A stretch of DNA of 64,000 bases from the NCBI GenBank assembly GCA_963692865.2, contig OY843592.1, positions 96,001-160,000 on the forward strand, written 5' to 3'. Of the stretch, positions 10,863-21,913 are shown piece by piece. Made by a program: the position numbers and the translations under genes. Under the pieces are notes generated by a model. It searched no databases, was not told where the DNA came from, and worked only from the letters and a program-made list of their open reading frames with translations. The DNA comes from a bacterium (GTDB lineage: Bacteria; UBA8248). Every line of letters begins with the position of its first letter. Position 1 is the stretch's first letter.

Positions 10863-12326
10863 TTACGGCCCAACGACCCGGATGGGCCGCCTGTCCCTTA
10901 ATTGGCTGATGGCGCTAACGACCACCCGCTCGCCCACGCGAAGGCCTTCCAGAATCTCGATTCGCCCGTCGATCATCTCGCCGAGGCGGACTTCGCGGCG
11001 CAGCGCAATGAACCGCGGCCCGCGCCTCCCCGGGGGGCCGCGTCTCGCTCCGCGCCCGCTCGCCTCGGCCATCCCTCTGCCCGCCTCGCCTCTCATACCG
11101 GGACCGCCTCGCCCGGAACCGCCGATCCCCGCTCCCTTTTGCAACCTTTTCACCACGAAGACCGCGCCCGTCTTCGTGCGCAAGTCCCCGTCCCAGATCA
11201 CGGCGTGAACCGGCAGGTTGATCGCCTGCCTTCCCAGCAGGGGGTCGAACTTCACGCGGGCGAGAAGGCCCGGTCTCAAGGAAGAATCGGAGTTTTGAAC
11301 GTCCACCTCCACGATGAGCTGGCGCGAACTCGGGTCCACGCTCGGGAAAATTCGCGTCAATTTCCCCGAGAACGAGCGCCCCCGGTACGCGTCGAGTTCG
11401 ACCCGTGCGCCCTGGCCTTTCCTGATGAGCGGCAGATCCAGCTCGCTCACTCGCACCCGGGCGCGCAGCGTATCCGTCTGGGCGATGGTGAACAGATGCG
11501 CCCGGTTCACCGCCAGGTCTCCGGGCTCGATTCTTCTCTCGGTGACGACGCCCGATATCGGCGAGCGAATGGTGAAGTATTCGAGTTCCACCTTGAGCCG
11601 CCTTACCCGCTGCATACGCTGTCCGACCTGCGCGCGCGCCATGTCGACTTCTTCCACGCGCGCGCCGATTTTCACCAGCTTGAGCTTTTCCCTTGCAACC
11701 TGAACGCGGGCGGCGTCCTCCGCGAGGCGCGCCCGGCGTTCGGCAACGTCCGCTCGGGCGCGGTTCGCCTCCGTCGTCACCCTGCGCCACTCCCGTTCGC
11801 TGATGACGCCCTTTTTGTGCAAGGCGCCCAGAGAACGCGCGTTGGCCTCCGCCTCCTCGCGTCTGGCGATGGCGGAGGTGATTTCCGCTTCACTTCGCTT
11901 GCGCGTCGCCTCCGCCTGGGTGACGGCGGCCGCGGCGGCGGCGATTTCTTCGGGGCGGCTCCCGGCTTTCAGTTTTCCGAGGTTCGCCCGCGCGGCGGCG
12001 AGTTCGCTCTGCGCCAGCCTCAAGTCTATCCGCTTGATGGTGGAATCAAGACGCGCGAGGATTTGTCCCTTCCTTACCTGAGCGCCCTCGCGCGCTAAAA
12101 CCTCTCGAACCTGACCCTCTGCGCGGGACATGAGCTTCACCTCGCTTCTGGCCAGAAGGGTTCCCGTGGCCGCCACGCGCCTGCCCAGACGGCCCACCGC
12201 GACTTTTTGCACCTGCACCGTGACAATGCGGTTTCTCCGCCCCCTGGGGCGGCCCGCGTAGGCGCAGGTGAACTCACCCGCAACGAAAAACACCATGATG
12301 AGCACAGCGGCCATTCTCGCAGACAT
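10863..12326 (-). CDS. RND membrane fusion (adaptor) protein
   Basis: Lipoyl halves (REGAQVRKGQ; IRSPISGVV), long coiled coil, LRPGLLARV; start uncertain. Confidence 0.9.
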   Translation of the reverse strand: MSARMAAVLIMVFFVAGEFTCAYAGRPRGRRNRIVTVQVQKVAVGRLGRRVAATGTLLARSEVKLMSRAEGQVREVLAREGAQVRKGQILARLDSTIKRIDLRLAQSELAAARANLGKLKAGSRPEEIAAAAAAVTQAEATRKRSEAEITSAIARREEAEANARSLGALHKKGVISEREWRRVTTEANRARADVAERRARLAEDAARVQVAREKLKLVKIGARVEEVDMARAQVGQRMQRVRRLKVELEYFTIRSPISGVVTERRIEPGDLAVNRAHLFTIAQTDTLRARVRVSELDLPLIRKGQGARVELDAYRGRSFSGKLTRIFPSVDPSSRQLIVEVDVQNSDSSLRPGLLARVKFDPLLGRQAINLPVHAVIWDGDLRTKTGAVFVVKRLQKGAGIGGSGRGGPGMRGEAGRGMAEASGRGARRGPPGRRGPRFIALRREVRLGEMIDGRIEILEGLRVGERVVVSAISQLRDRRPIRVVGP

Positions 12327-12505
12327 CTTCCCGCAACTCCCGAAAGAGAAACCCGGCGGCGAACCACTCGCGCGACGGATGCTAATACGCGACGCAAGCG
12401 ATCTTATCACAAACAACGGGTCTTCTCTTTTGGACGCCAGACGGTTCCTGGAGGGGAGATGCAATGTGAAAGCGGCACGTTGTCGGCATAAACAGCCGTT
12501 GTTCC

Positions 12506-13702
12506 TCAAAAAGACGACAGCCATTCATCTCCGGGCATGATGCGCAGCATGAATTCATCGAACATGGGCACGGTGAAAGCCGTATCACCGTGACTCGGAC
12601 TCCAGACCATCCCTTTGTTAATTAATTGGCTGCGGATGGGCGCCAGAGAGGTTACCCGGCGGTTCATTTCCCTGGCGATGTCACCCGAACGATGGGGGCC
12701 CTTACCGAGTTCGGCCATCGCTCGCAGATACTTTTTCTCCGCAGGAGACAACCGGTCGAACCTGACCAAAAAGAAACTCTGATCCAGAGCGGCGATGACC
12801 TGCTTCGACGCGATATCTACATCGGAAACCGTGATGGGAGAACGCTCGGCGACGTCCCACAAGTGTTTGCCCCATTCCTGAAGAAAGTAGGGATAACATT
12901 GCGTTTTTGAAACGATCTCTTCAAGGGCGCGGGATTCTATCTCCACACCTTCATCTTTGGCAGGCTTTTCAATCGCGAGTCTGGCGTCTTCAGGAGACAA
13001 TGGCCCTATTTCGGAAAATTCAAAAAGCCGTTCGGCGTAGGATTTCGCCTTTCCCATGCGGCCTCGCACCTGCGGCAGCCCCGCCCCCAGCATGGTCACC
13101 GGAAGCCGCCGCTGGGATACCCGGTGCAACGAAATGATCAAGGCCTCCAGTTGCTCTTCCGGCACGTACTGGAGCTCATCGAAGAGAAACGCCACGCAGG
13201 CAGCATCCGCATGGGCGGCGGCGCCGACGGCCTCGAACAATTCCTGCAAGTCGCTTTCGAGGTTTCCATTGTCCGCCAGTCCGGGTTCGGGGCTGACATC
13301 CAAACCCACCTCTATGTCCCGGTATGTCACTTTCAGGGCCTTCACGAATCCCGCGAGTCCTCTCAAGGCTCTTTGCGCCAATTCTTTCGCCGCACGCCTA
13401 CGCGAGAGTTTCAGCAATGCCGTATATAATCGAGGCGCCAAAATAGAGGGCAACGATTGGCTTTCGGGTGCTTCTATCGACAGAACGTAGATACCGCTCG
13501 CCTCGGCCTGTTCCCGAATTAGATTCAACAGGACGGTTTTGCCGACCCCTCGCAACCCGACCAACATGCAGCTTTTGGTCGAGCGTCCGATTCTGGTCCG
13601 CTCCAGTGCGATTCGCGCGGATTCGCAAACCTCGCCCCGACCAGCCAACTCGGGCGGTTGAGTGCCCGCTCCAGGCGCATATGGGTTGCGTATCGGATCC
13701 AT
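12506..13702 (-). CDS. STAND/AAA-like ATPase with C-terminal winged helix
   Basis: NPYAPGAG, Walker A GLRGVGKT, Walker B FLFDELQ, YPYFLQ, wHTH-like C-terminus. Confidence 0.85.
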   Translation of the reverse strand: MDPIRNPYAPGAGTQPPELAGRGEVCESARIALERTRIGRSTKSCMLVGLRGVGKTVLLNLIREQAEASGIYVLSIEAPESQSLPSILAPRLYTALLKLSRRRAAKELAQRALRGLAGFVKALKVTYRDIEVGLDVSPEPGLADNGNLESDLQELFEAVGAAAHADAACVAFLFDELQYVPEEQLEALIISLHRVSQRRLPVTMLGAGLPQVRGRMGKAKSYAERLFEFSEIGPLSPEDARLAIEKPAKDEGVEIESRALEEIVSKTQCYPYFLQEWGKHLWDVAERSPITVSDVDIASKQVIAALDQSFFLVRFDRLSPAEKKYLRAMAELGKGPHRSGDIAREMNRRVTSLAPIRSQLINKGMVWSPSHGDTAFTVPMFDEFMLRIMPGDEWLSSF

Positions 13703-13711
13703 AATGAAAGT

Positions 13712-13774
13712 AGTTTATATTAAAATTAGCCAGTTTACAATTTATTTATAAGATAGCTAATATCGCTATAAATC
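13712..13774. repeat. AT-rich palindromic element, copy 1
   Basis: agtttatattaaaattagc...ttataagatagctaatatcgctataaatc. Confidence 0.8.
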
Positions 13775-13865
13775 AAGAAATCCGGGCGCCGAGATGGCTG
13801 ATCTTCCAAATCGAGCGCCCGGTTCCGATACGGGTAAACGATTTGCGATTCAGTCCCACAGAAAG

Positions 13866-13927
13866 AGTTTATAGCAAAATTAGGAAGTTTATTATTTTCT
13901 TATAAGATGCCTAATTTGGCTATAATC
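13866..13927. repeat. AT-rich palindromic element, copy 2
   Basis: Arms ttatagcaaaattagg / cctaatttggctataa (15 of 16 complementary). Confidence 0.85.
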
Positions 13928-14002
13928 GAAAAAATTCGTTAATTCAGAATAACTTGCATAAGGGACAAACAACAGTCGATGACATTTAAGGGCGGCAAGG
14001 CT

Positions 14003-14872
14003 TCAGTTCAGTGTACCGAACCACTCGGCGATGGCGCGGCCGACCTCGTCGGGGGAGTCCTCCTGGATGAAGTGAATCCCCGGTACGGTGACTTCTGTCT
14101 GGTTCGGCCAGGTTCGGCAGAACGCGCGCTGTTCGCCTACAAGGATGGCGCCCGGCTCTGCGTTCACGAACAGCTTGGGTACGGAGGATTCGCGAAGCCA
14201 GGCGGCGTAACTACCGACAATCTCGGTTACATCCGCAGGCTCGCCCTCGATGGGAATCTCGCGCGGCCACGCGAGGGTCGGGCGGCGGCCCTCTCCGGGT
14301 TCCGAGAAGGGACGCCGGTACTCATCCATCTCCTCCTCGCTGAGCTCGCGCCTGATCGACCCCGGCAGCACGCGCTCGACGAACACGTTCTTATCGAGAA
14401 TCATGGACTCACCGCTCTCCGAGCGGAATCCTTGAAAAACCCGCCGCGACGCTTCGGGCCATTGCGCCCATGTTAGCGGCTGCACGATGGCCTCCATGTA
14501 GGCCAGCCCCTTCACGGCGTCCCGATGCCGGTTGGCCCAGTCGAAGCCGAGCGCCGAACCCCAGTCGTGCATGATGAGGGTGACGCGCTCGGCGACGCCG
14601 AGAGCGTTCAGTAACGCATCGAGATAGCGGCGGTGCTCCACGAAGCGGTAGCGGCCCGGGCCGCTGCCCTCCAGCTTGTCGGAATCGCCCATGCCGATCA
14701 GGTCCGGCGCGATGCATCGGCCCAGCGGAGTAAGGTGAGGAATAATGCCTCGCCAAAGAAATGAGGAAGTCGGGTTTCCGTGCAGCAAAACGATTGGGTC
14801 GCCCTCGCCGGTCTCGACGTAGGCCATGGGGCGGCCGAGCACTTCCAGGCGTTTCTTCTCAATCCCTGACAC
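14003..14872 (-). CDS. dhaA: Haloalkane dehalogenase
   Basis: [13 protein letters not shown] nucleophile, [21 protein letters not shown]. Confidence 0.93.
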   Translation of the reverse strand: MSGIEKKRLEVLGRPMAYVETGEGDPIVLLHGNPTSSFLWRGIIPHLTPLGRCIAPDLIGMGDSDKLEGSGPGRYRFVEHRRYLDALLNALGVAERVTLIMHDWGSALGFDWANRHRDAVKGLAYMEAIVQPLTWAQWPEASRRVFQGFRSESGESMILDKNVFVERVLPGSIRRELSEEEMDEYRRPFSEPGEGRRPTLAWPREIPIEGEPADVTEIVGSYAAWLRESSVPKLFVNAEPGAILVGEQRAFCRTWPNQTEVTVPGIHFIQEDSPDEVGRAIAEWFGTLN

Positions 14873-14995
14873 GGCGGATCTCCTTCAACTTACTCGTTCA
14901 GACACTCGCGCTATGCCCATGCGCGCGATTCACAAAAAACAGAAACGACCAACCTAACCGAGCGAATACGTGCTGCGCATCAGGTCGATGATGCG

Positions 14996-15057
14996 AGTTT
15001 ATAACAAAATTAGAGAGTTTATGATTTTCTTATAAGATGGTTAATTTGATTATAATC
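14996..15057. repeat. AT-rich palindromic element, copy 3
   Basis: agtttataacaaaattagagagtttatgattttcttataagatggttaatttgattataatc. Confidence 0.85.
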
Positions 15058-15141
15058 AACGAATCTCAAAGACTCTGGCCCCTGAATACCTGCACCGCTT
15101 CATCCCTTAAGTAGTGGAATTTTAGTCGAAATATGAAAAGA

Positions 15142-16125
15142 TTAGCCGCCGATTGCGCTCATGGTGCGCTCGGGCTGGACGAACTCTTCCTGGCCGATGA
15201 GGTGGCCCGGCGTCTTGGTGAGCACCACCTCGGCGAGCCAGGCCTTTATCTCATCGTCCGGCGCGCCGCCCCTGAGCAGCCTCTTGACGTCGTGCTCGAC
15301 CGTGGAGAACAGGCAGGTCCGCACCATGCCGTCCGCCGTCAGGCGGATGCGGTTGCAGTCCTGGCAGAAAGGCCGCGTGACCGAGGCGATGACGCCCACC
15401 TCGCCCTTGCCGTCCTTGTAGCGGTATCGCGTCGCGGGGTCGGAGGGGTGGCCGCTCACGAGTTCTAATTCGCCCTCGACGGAGAGGCCCTCCAGAATCT
15501 CCTCCGCCGTCAAGACCTTCTCATGCGCCCAGGTGCGGTCCGCATCGAGCGGCATGTATTCGATGAAGCGCACGACGTGGCCCGTCTCGCGCGACCACCT
15601 GGCGAAGCGCGGCAACTCCTCCTCGCTCAACCCCTTGACCGCCACCGCGTTGATCTTGATGGGAGAAAATCCCGCCGCCGCCGCCGCCTCGATCCCCTCC
15701 ATCACCTGACCGAACACGTCCCGGCGCGTCATGAACAGGAATTTGCCCGCGTCCATGGAATCCAGGCTGATGTTCACCCGCCTCAGGCCCGCCGCGTAGA
15801 GATCCCTCGCCATCTTCGGGAGGAAGACGCCGTTCGTCGTCAAGGCCAGGTCCATTCCGGGCTGGACTTCCACCATCTGCCCGACGAGGCGGTGCAAGTC
15901 CTTGCGCAGGAGCGGCTCGCCGCCGGTCAGGTGATAGCTCGTGAAGCCCAGTTCGGTGGTGATGCGCACGACGCGGGTGATCTCCTCGTAGTTGAGAACC
16001 TCCTCGTGCGGCAGCCACGTCATGCCCTCTTCGGGCATGCAGTAGAAACACCGGAAGTTGCACCTGTCCGTCACCGAGATTCTCAAATCATCGTGCGCGC
16101 GCCCGTAGCGATCGAATAACGCCAT
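15142..16125 (-). CDS. moaA: GTP 3',8-cyclase
   Basis: LRISVTDRCNFRCFYC, PFCQDCNRIRLT, C-terminal MSAIGG. Confidence 0.97.
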   Translation of the reverse strand: MALFDRYGRAHDDLRISVTDRCNFRCFYCMPEEGMTWLPHEEVLNYEEITRVVRITTELGFTSYHLTGGEPLLRKDLHRLVGQMVEVQPGMDLALTTNGVFLPKMARDLYAAGLRRVNISLDSMDAGKFLFMTRRDVFGQVMEGIEAAAAAGFSPIKINAVAVKGLSEEELPRFARWSRETGHVVRFIEYMPLDADRTWAHEKVLTAEEILEGLSVEGELELVSGHPSDPATRYRYKDGKGEVGVIASVTRPFCQDCNRIRLTADGMVRTCLFSTVEHDVKRLLRGGAPDDEIKAWLAEVVLTKTPGHLIGQEEFVQPERTMSAIGG

Positions 16126-16129
16126 TGCC

Positions 16130-18091
16130 CTAACCTTCCCTTGGGGGTGGAGCCATCACCTGGCCGGTCAACGCGGTATTATACCCGCCGAGCGCCTCCA
16201 CGGCATCCCGAAAAGCCTTATCGTTCAGAATATCCATCACCTTCTGGATGGCGGGCGTCTCCCGGTGCTCTTCGGGCACGATGAAATCGAACCGCTCGCG
16301 CTCCAGCGGGATGAAATCGAGGTTCAACATCTGGGCGGCGGCGAAAATCCCCAGCCCGCAGTCCGCACGCCCCGCCGCCACCGCCATGGCCACCGCCATG
16401 TGCGTGGTCTCCACCCGCTCGTAGCCCCGTACGTCGCCTGGCGAGAGGCCCTCGCGCGCCATGAGGTGATCGAGCAGCACCCGCGTGCCCGCCCCGTTCT
16501 GGCGGTTGACGATGGCGACATCCTCACGGCTCAGGTCGGACACACCCGCTATTCCCTTTGGGTTTCCCTTCGGCGTCAGGATGCCCTGTTCTCTTTGCAC
16601 GAAATTCACCACCACGACCTCGCGTCCCTTGAGATAGCGCTTGATGTAGTACCAGTTGTACTCCCCGGTTTCCGGATCGAGCAGGTGGCTGCCCGCGATG
16701 TGCGCCTCCCCGTCGCGCACGGCGATGAGGCCCGCCAGCGAACCCACCGCCGAGGCGGAAAGGCGCGCGTCGTGGTGGCGCGCTCTCAATTCGTCCGCCA
16801 AGAGATCCAGCGCGTTGTCGTGGCTGCCCGCCATGAGCAGGTTGCCCCGGATATCGGCGAGCGGCCTCAAGAGCTCCACCGTGACCTCCTCGCCCGTCTC
16901 GACCCCCTCCGAGTGGGCGGGCACGCGCACCACGCCGTCCGCCTCCACGAGCGAACTGATGACGCTGGCCCCGCGCTTGGCGGGCAGGCAGACCATCCGC
17001 TCGCCCACCTGGCCGAGCTTCACGCGCAAGAACTCCTCCATGCCGAGCCGCGAGGCGCTCTTGCGGCTCATGGAGGCCCTGATGCGCTCCTCCTCACCCG
17101 GCGCCGCGCCCGCCATGTGCGCCATGAGCGGACGCACGAACTCCTGAAGCGCCAGCACCGCCGAGACCGGATAGCCCGGAATCCCGAGCACGGGCTTGCG
17201 CGCGCCCGAATCCGCTTCACAAACGCCCAGGATGGTGGGCTTGCCGGGGAAGATGGCCACGCCGTGCACGAGGAGTTCGCCCAGCTTCTCCACGACGGCG
17301 GCGGTGTGATCCTCGCGTCCTGCGGAGGAACCCGCGTTCACCAGAACGACGTCCGCATTCTCTAGCGCGTCTCGAACCGCAGCCTCGATGGCCTCGAACC
17401 TGTCTTCGAGAATCGGACCCGGCAGCGCCTCTCCCCCCCACTCGGCGATGAAGGCGGACAAAACGCTCGAATTGAACTCCACCAGATCACCGGGCTTGAG
17501 AGCAGCGCCCGCTTCCACGAGTTCATCCCCGGTGGGGATGATGGCGACGCGCGGACGCCGCCGCACCCGCACCCGGGTGATTCCCGCCGCGAGCAGCGCG
17601 CCCAGATCGTAGGGTCTCAAAACGTGCCCCGCCGTAAGGATGAGCTGGCCCTCGACGACGTCCTCTCCCGCCACGCGCACGTTCTGCCAGGGCGAGAGCG
17701 CCGCCTCGATGCGAATGGCGCCGGGACTCGCCTCGTGCACGTGTTCGATCATGACGACGCAATCCATCCCCTCGGGCATGGGGTCGCCCGTGTCGAGAGG
17801 CTGGGCTTCTTCGCCCAGGAGAAACTCCTTGGGACTCACGGGCGTGGCGCCGGAAGTTTCCGCCGAGACGAGGGCGTAGCCGTCCATGGCGGCGGCGTGA
17901 AAGTGCGGGCTCGAAATCCGCGCGTAGGCCGCGCGCGAGGTCACGCGCCCGAGCGCTTCCGGGGTCGGGGTTTCCTCTTCACCCAAGCGGAAGTCGCCCA
18001 CCTTCTCCAGAAGACGCGATAGCGCCTCTTCGCGCGGGATGTTTTCGAGATAGATTTTCCGGCCCCCCCGGGCCAGGGGCAAATCGTTCAT
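16130..18091 (-). CDS. MoeA fused to periplasmic-binding-protein-like domain
   Basis: AAMDGYA, IPTGDEL, GIPGYPVS, then GSHD...NRQNGAGTR domain. Confidence 0.92.
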   Translation of the reverse strand: MNDLPLARGGRKIYLENIPREEALSRLLEKVGDFRLGEEETPTPEALGRVTSRAAYARISSPHFHAAAMDGYALVSAETSGATPVSPKEFLLGEEAQPLDTGDPMPEGMDCVVMIEHVHEASPGAIRIEAALSPWQNVRVAGEDVVEGQLILTAGHVLRPYDLGALLAAGITRVRVRRRPRVAIIPTGDELVEAGAALKPGDLVEFNSSVLSAFIAEWGGEALPGPILEDRFEAIEAAVRDALENADVVLVNAGSSAGREDHTAAVVEKLGELLVHGVAIFPGKPTILGVCEADSGARKPVLGIPGYPVSAVLALQEFVRPLMAHMAGAAPGEEERIRASMSRKSASRLGMEEFLRVKLGQVGERMVCLPAKRGASVISSLVEADGVVRVPAHSEGVETGEEVTVELLRPLADIRGNLLMAGSHDNALDLLADELRARHHDARLSASAVGSLAGLIAVRDGEAHIAGSHLLDPETGEYNWYYIKRYLKGREVVVVNFVQREQGILTPKGNPKGIAGVSDLSREDVAIVNRQNGAGTRVLLDHLMAREGLSPGDVRGYERVETTHMAVAMAVAAGRADCGLGIFAAAQMLNLDFIPLERERFDFIVPEEHRETPAIQKVMDILNDKAFRDAVEALGGYNTALTGQVMAPPPREG

Positions 18092-18136
18092 TCGCTCACG
18101 CCTGATTCAATGAGTATAAACAGCCTACAGCCGCAC

Positions 18137-19378
18137 TCAATACAGATGCACGCGCACCTGCGCTCCCTCGCGCAGCCCCTCGGCTTCCAGCGGAATCGCG
18201 ATGTAGCCGTCCGCTTTCGTCATGGTGGATATCATCGCGGAATTGCCCATGAGGGGATGGGCGACGCGCCCGCTCTCGCCCTCTTCCAGCGCGACGCGGA
18301 CCATATCCTCGCGCCCGGGAGCGGAGGCCACGTTTCTCGACAGGGTGGCTGCAAGACCTTGCCTCTCCACATCGGTACGGGCTATCTCCCCGCTCAACTG
18401 CCTGATGACGGGCCGGACGAAAGCGTGAAAGATCATGAGCGCAGAAACCGGATGCCCCGGAATTCCGATGACGGCTTTGTCCTCCCCGTCACGTACGACG
18501 CGCCCGATGATGGTCGGCTTGCCGGGCTTGATCGATATCCCGTGCACCAGAACGCCCGGCTCGCCCAGTGAGTCGATGGCCTCGACCGTGTAGTCGCGAA
18601 GGCCCATGGAGCTACCGCCCGAGATGAGCACGACGTCCGCGCGGGCCACCGCCTGGTTGAGGCGCTCCTTGATGACGTCAAGATCGTCGGGGAGGATCTC
18701 TTCGGTCTCGGGTTCGCCGCCCGCCTCGATCACCCCCGCCGCGAGGGAAAAACGGTTGATGTCGCGCACCTGACCGGCGCGGGGCGTCTCGCGCGGGTCG
18801 ACCAATTCATCCCCCGTGGGCAGTATCGCCACCCGGGGGCGGCGATGGACCTCTACCGACGTGACCCCCACGCCCGCGAGCGCGCCCACGTCCTGACTCC
18901 TGAGACGGGAACCCGCTCCCAGAATCAACTCGTCCTTTTTGAGATCATCGCCTACTCCAAGGACGTTCTCGCCCACGGCGGCGGGGCGCCTGACCTCCAG
19001 AGTCTCCGGGTCGGGAGCCGAGGTGAACTCCTCCATCACCACCGCGTCGGCGCCTTCCGGCGCCATGCCGCCCGTCAGGATGCGCGCCGCCTCGCCACGC
19101 CCCACCGAAAAGCCGGGCGCCGCTCCCATGGGCACCTGGCCGACTACGTCGAGATATGCCGGAACGGCCTCGCTCGCGCCGAAGGAATCAGAAGCCCTAA
19201 GCGCATAACCGTCCATCGTGGCTCGCGGGAAATCGGGCAGGTCTACGGGCGAGTGAACATCTTCGGCCAGAACGCGGCCCACTGCGCCAAAAGAAGAAAG
19301 ACGCTCCGTCCCCAAAGCGCGGAAACCCCGAAGCGCCTCTTTCGCTTCTTCGGGGGATACGACCTTGAAGAATTCCAT
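18137..19378 (-). CDS. moeA: Molybdopterin molybdotransferase
   Basis: RATMDGYA, PTGDEL, SGGSSMG, KPGKP, GIPGHPVS. Confidence 0.95.
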   Translation of the reverse strand: MEFFKVVSPEEAKEALRGFRALGTERLSSFGAVGRVLAEDVHSPVDLPDFPRATMDGYALRASDSFGASEAVPAYLDVVGQVPMGAAPGFSVGRGEAARILTGGMAPEGADAVVMEEFTSAPDPETLEVRRPAAVGENVLGVGDDLKKDELILGAGSRLRSQDVGALAGVGVTSVEVHRRPRVAILPTGDELVDPRETPRAGQVRDINRFSLAAGVIEAGGEPETEEILPDDLDVIKERLNQAVARADVVLISGGSSMGLRDYTVEAIDSLGEPGVLVHGISIKPGKPTIIGRVVRDGEDKAVIGIPGHPVSALMIFHAFVRPVIRQLSGEIARTDVERQGLAATLSRNVASAPGREDMVRVALEEGESGRVAHPLMGNSAMISTMTKADGYIAIPLEAEGLREGAQVRVHLY

Positions 19379-19628
19379 CGGACCTCTCCGCCTTCAAAAT
19401 GAAAAAACCAACCGCTGCGCGCGCAGGGCTGGCCGCAAAATTCGGAGTCGTTCAGGGGAGTTCGCCCGGCATCCCCTGTAAGGCGAAAGACCGCGCTGCC
19501 CCTCACGGCCTGTTTCCCACAACGATGTAAAGGCGCGGCCGCGTAATCGCCTTCCATGAGAAACGACCGGCCGCGACGAGGAGCGCCAAGCCTCGAAACT
19601 CAAGCGCGGACAGCGGCGAGCCGGCTCT

Positions 19629-19829
19629 TCAGCCCTTCTCGCCCTCTCCGGCGGCGGACGCCTCTTTCTTCTCGGGCAGTTCCGGCTCGTCGCTCATCCC
19701 CTTCTTGAAGCTCTTGATTCCGCGGGCGAGGCCCGAGCCGATCTCGGGCAGACGCTTCGCGCCGAAGACCAGCACGCATATCGCGAGGATGACCAGAAGC
19801 TCGGGAATGCCCATATTCATCGGAAACAT
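19629..19829 (-). CDS. tatA: Twin-arginine translocase TatA/E
   Basis: ELLVILAICVLVFGAKRLPEIGSGLARGIKSFKK. Confidence 0.93.
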   Translation of the reverse strand: MFPMNMGIPELLVILAICVLVFGAKRLPEIGSGLARGIKSFKKGMSDEPELPEKKEASAAGEGEKG

Positions 19830-19853
19830 CGAAAAACTCCTATGGACGAACGA

Positions 19854-21035
19854 TCAGGAAACCGCGTCCGCGTAAACCTGCGTCGCGGCTCCGACACCAT
19901 CTCCAGACTTTTTAATATACCCCAATTTCGAGAAAATTACCTCCAGCGCCGAGAGAAGGTAGACCACGTTCGCCTGGGTGGCTCCGTGACCCATCATCCC
20001 GATCCGCCATATCTTGCCGGCCACCGCGCCCAATCCGCCGCCGATCTCGATGTTGAAATCGCCCAGCAGGCTCTTGCGCACCGCGGCGTCGTCCATCCCC
20101 TCTTGAAGAGCGACGGTGTTGAGCGTGGGCGTACGCGCGCCCTCCCGGGCGAACATGGAAAGGCCGAGCGCCTCAACGCCCGCCTGGAGCGCCTTGCTCG
20201 CCAGGGCGTGCCTCGCAAAGCGGGCTTCCAAACCCTCATCGAAGATGATGCGCAGCGCTTCTCTGATCGCGTAGTTCATGGAGATGGGGCCCGTGTGGTG
20301 ATAGACGCGCTCGTTGCCCCAGTATTTCTCCACCATGCTCACGTCGAAATACCAGCTCGTGACCTTGGATTTACGCTCGCGCACCTTGCCGAGCGCGCGC
20401 TCGCTGAAGGTGATGGGCGCAACGCCCGGCGGACAGGCCAGGCACTTCTGCGTGCCGCTGTAAGCGACCTCCACCCCCCATTTATCGAGTTCCACGGGCA
20501 CGCCGCCCAGGGAGGTGACGCAATCGAGCAGCAAGAGCGCGCCGTGTTCGCGGCACATCGCGCCGATTTCCTCCATCGGCTGTAAAACGCCCGTGCTGGT
20601 CTCGGCGTGGACGATGCCGACCATCACGGCGTCGGGATTGGCGTCGAGGGCGGCCTTCACGTCGTGGGGGTCGATGGGCTGCCCCCAGGGGGCTTCCACC
20701 GTAACGACATCCGCTCCGTAGCGAGCGGCCACGTCGCTCATCCGTCCGCCGAACACGCCGTTCACGCAGATGACGGCCTTATCGCCCGGCTCGATGATGT
20801 TGCAAACGGAAGCCTCCATCGCAGCGCTTCCCGTGCCCGATACGGGGAACGTCACCTGGTTCTCCGTGTTGAACAGATCGCGCAGCATCGACTGGCAGTC
20901 GTCCATGACGGACAGGAAATCGGGGTCCAGGTGCCCCACCACGTGGGTGCTCATGGCCTTCAGGATTCTGGGATGAACCGGGCTGGGCCCCGGCCCCAGC
21001 AGCAAACGCAGATGCGGATTCAGCTCTTCAGACAA
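19854..21035 (-). CDS. Class V aminotransferase (alanine-glyoxylate/serine-pyruvate family)
   Basis: [23 protein letters not shown]. Confidence 0.93.
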   Translation of the reverse strand: MSEELNPHLRLLLGPGPSPVHPRILKAMSTHVVGHLDPDFLSVMDDCQSMLRDLFNTENQVTFPVSGTGSAAMEASVCNIIEPGDKAVICVNGVFGGRMSDVAARYGADVVTVEAPWGQPIDPHDVKAALDANPDAVMVGIVHAETSTGVLQPMEEIGAMCREHGALLLLDCVTSLGGVPVELDKWGVEVAYSGTQKCLACPPGVAPITFSERALGKVRERKSKVTSWYFDVSMVEKYWGNERVYHHTGPISMNYAIREALRIIFDEGLEARFARHALASKALQAGVEALGLSMFAREGARTPTLNTVALQEGMDDAAVRKSLLGDFNIEIGGGLGAVAGKIWRIGMMGHGATQANVVYLLSALEVIFSKLGYIKKSGDGVGAATQVYADAVS

Positions 21036-21268
21036 GACTTTTCCCTCGCTCGAATCAGGTGTTTGGAATGGATGAGAAACTCCGGCCTTCGCACTTGGCC
21101 CCTCGTTCCGAAATACGACCGCGAGATACTACCACACGCCCCAACCACCGCAAAGGGGGATGGGGGTGAAAGGGGCATCGCAATTTCTATCTATAAATAT
21201 AGAATTCCACCACTTGCTAGATTTACAGTAAAGTAGCAAAAACTACTCTTCCCAGACCCATCGCATAT

Positions 21269-21913
21269 ATGGGAACAACACGAATGACGAGAGAAAAATT
21301 GCAGGGCGAGTTCGAGACGCTTCGCAACCAGGGAATCTACCTGATTACGACGTTCAACACCTACAATGATTTATTCGAGGCCGGCGATGAGGTCGAGCGT
21401 ATCTTGAGAAAATCGGCAGAAATGTTTTTTGGAGACCTCAACATGATGATGATCGAATACATCATCATTGTTGTTTGCCGTCTCACTGACCCTCCAGGAA
21501 CATCCGGCAAAACGAACCTGACAATTCAACACATGAACAAACTGTTGCGTGAAAACGATTGTTTGAGTCCTGAGATCGAAATGCTAAGCGATAGCATCAT
21601 GGCCTACAGAAAACTCTTGGAACCCGTACGGAACAAAATTGTCGCTCACATGGATCGCGACACATATATTCAAGACTTGGCTCTTGGCGGTCATTCTAAA
21701 GAAGATATGAACAAGTTTTTCGAGAACGATTTATTGCAGTATTTCGAAAAAGTCGCAGAAGCCATCGGCGTCTCCCCCTTAGGCGACCTGGTTACTCACG
21801 GTAGCGGGGACGCGCTCGACCTCCGCAAAACACTGAAGAGGGGGCTGATAGCCGAGAAGTTGATTCATGAAGACCCCAAAATGGCTTTATATTTTCTTGA
21901 AAACTCGCCATAG
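21269..21913 (+). CDS. HEPN-domain protein (AbiU2-like)
   Basis: CRLTD and RNKIVAH (Rx4-6H) motif; low GC. Confidence 0.7.
   Translation: MGTTRMTREKLQGEFETLRNQGIYLITTFNTYNDLFEAGDEVERILRKSAEMFFGDLNMMMIEYIIIVVCRLTDPPGTSGKTNLTIQHMNKLLRENDCLSPEIEMLSDSIMAYRKLLEPVRNKIVAHMDRDTYIQDLALGGHSKEDMNKFFENDLLQYFEKVAEAIGVSPLGDLVTHGSGDALDLRKTLKRGLIAEKLIHEDPKMALYFLENSP

Noticed and set aside
13712-15057. CRISPR array or integron attC interpretation of the triple repeat
   Set aside because: Irregular spacing, ~62-bp diverged units, no cas or integrase gene, no RYYYAAC/GTTRRRY ends.
19380-19625. Moco riboswitch upstream of moeA
   Set aside because: GC-rich hairpins are present but no recognisable Moco motif; an Rfam scan would be needed.
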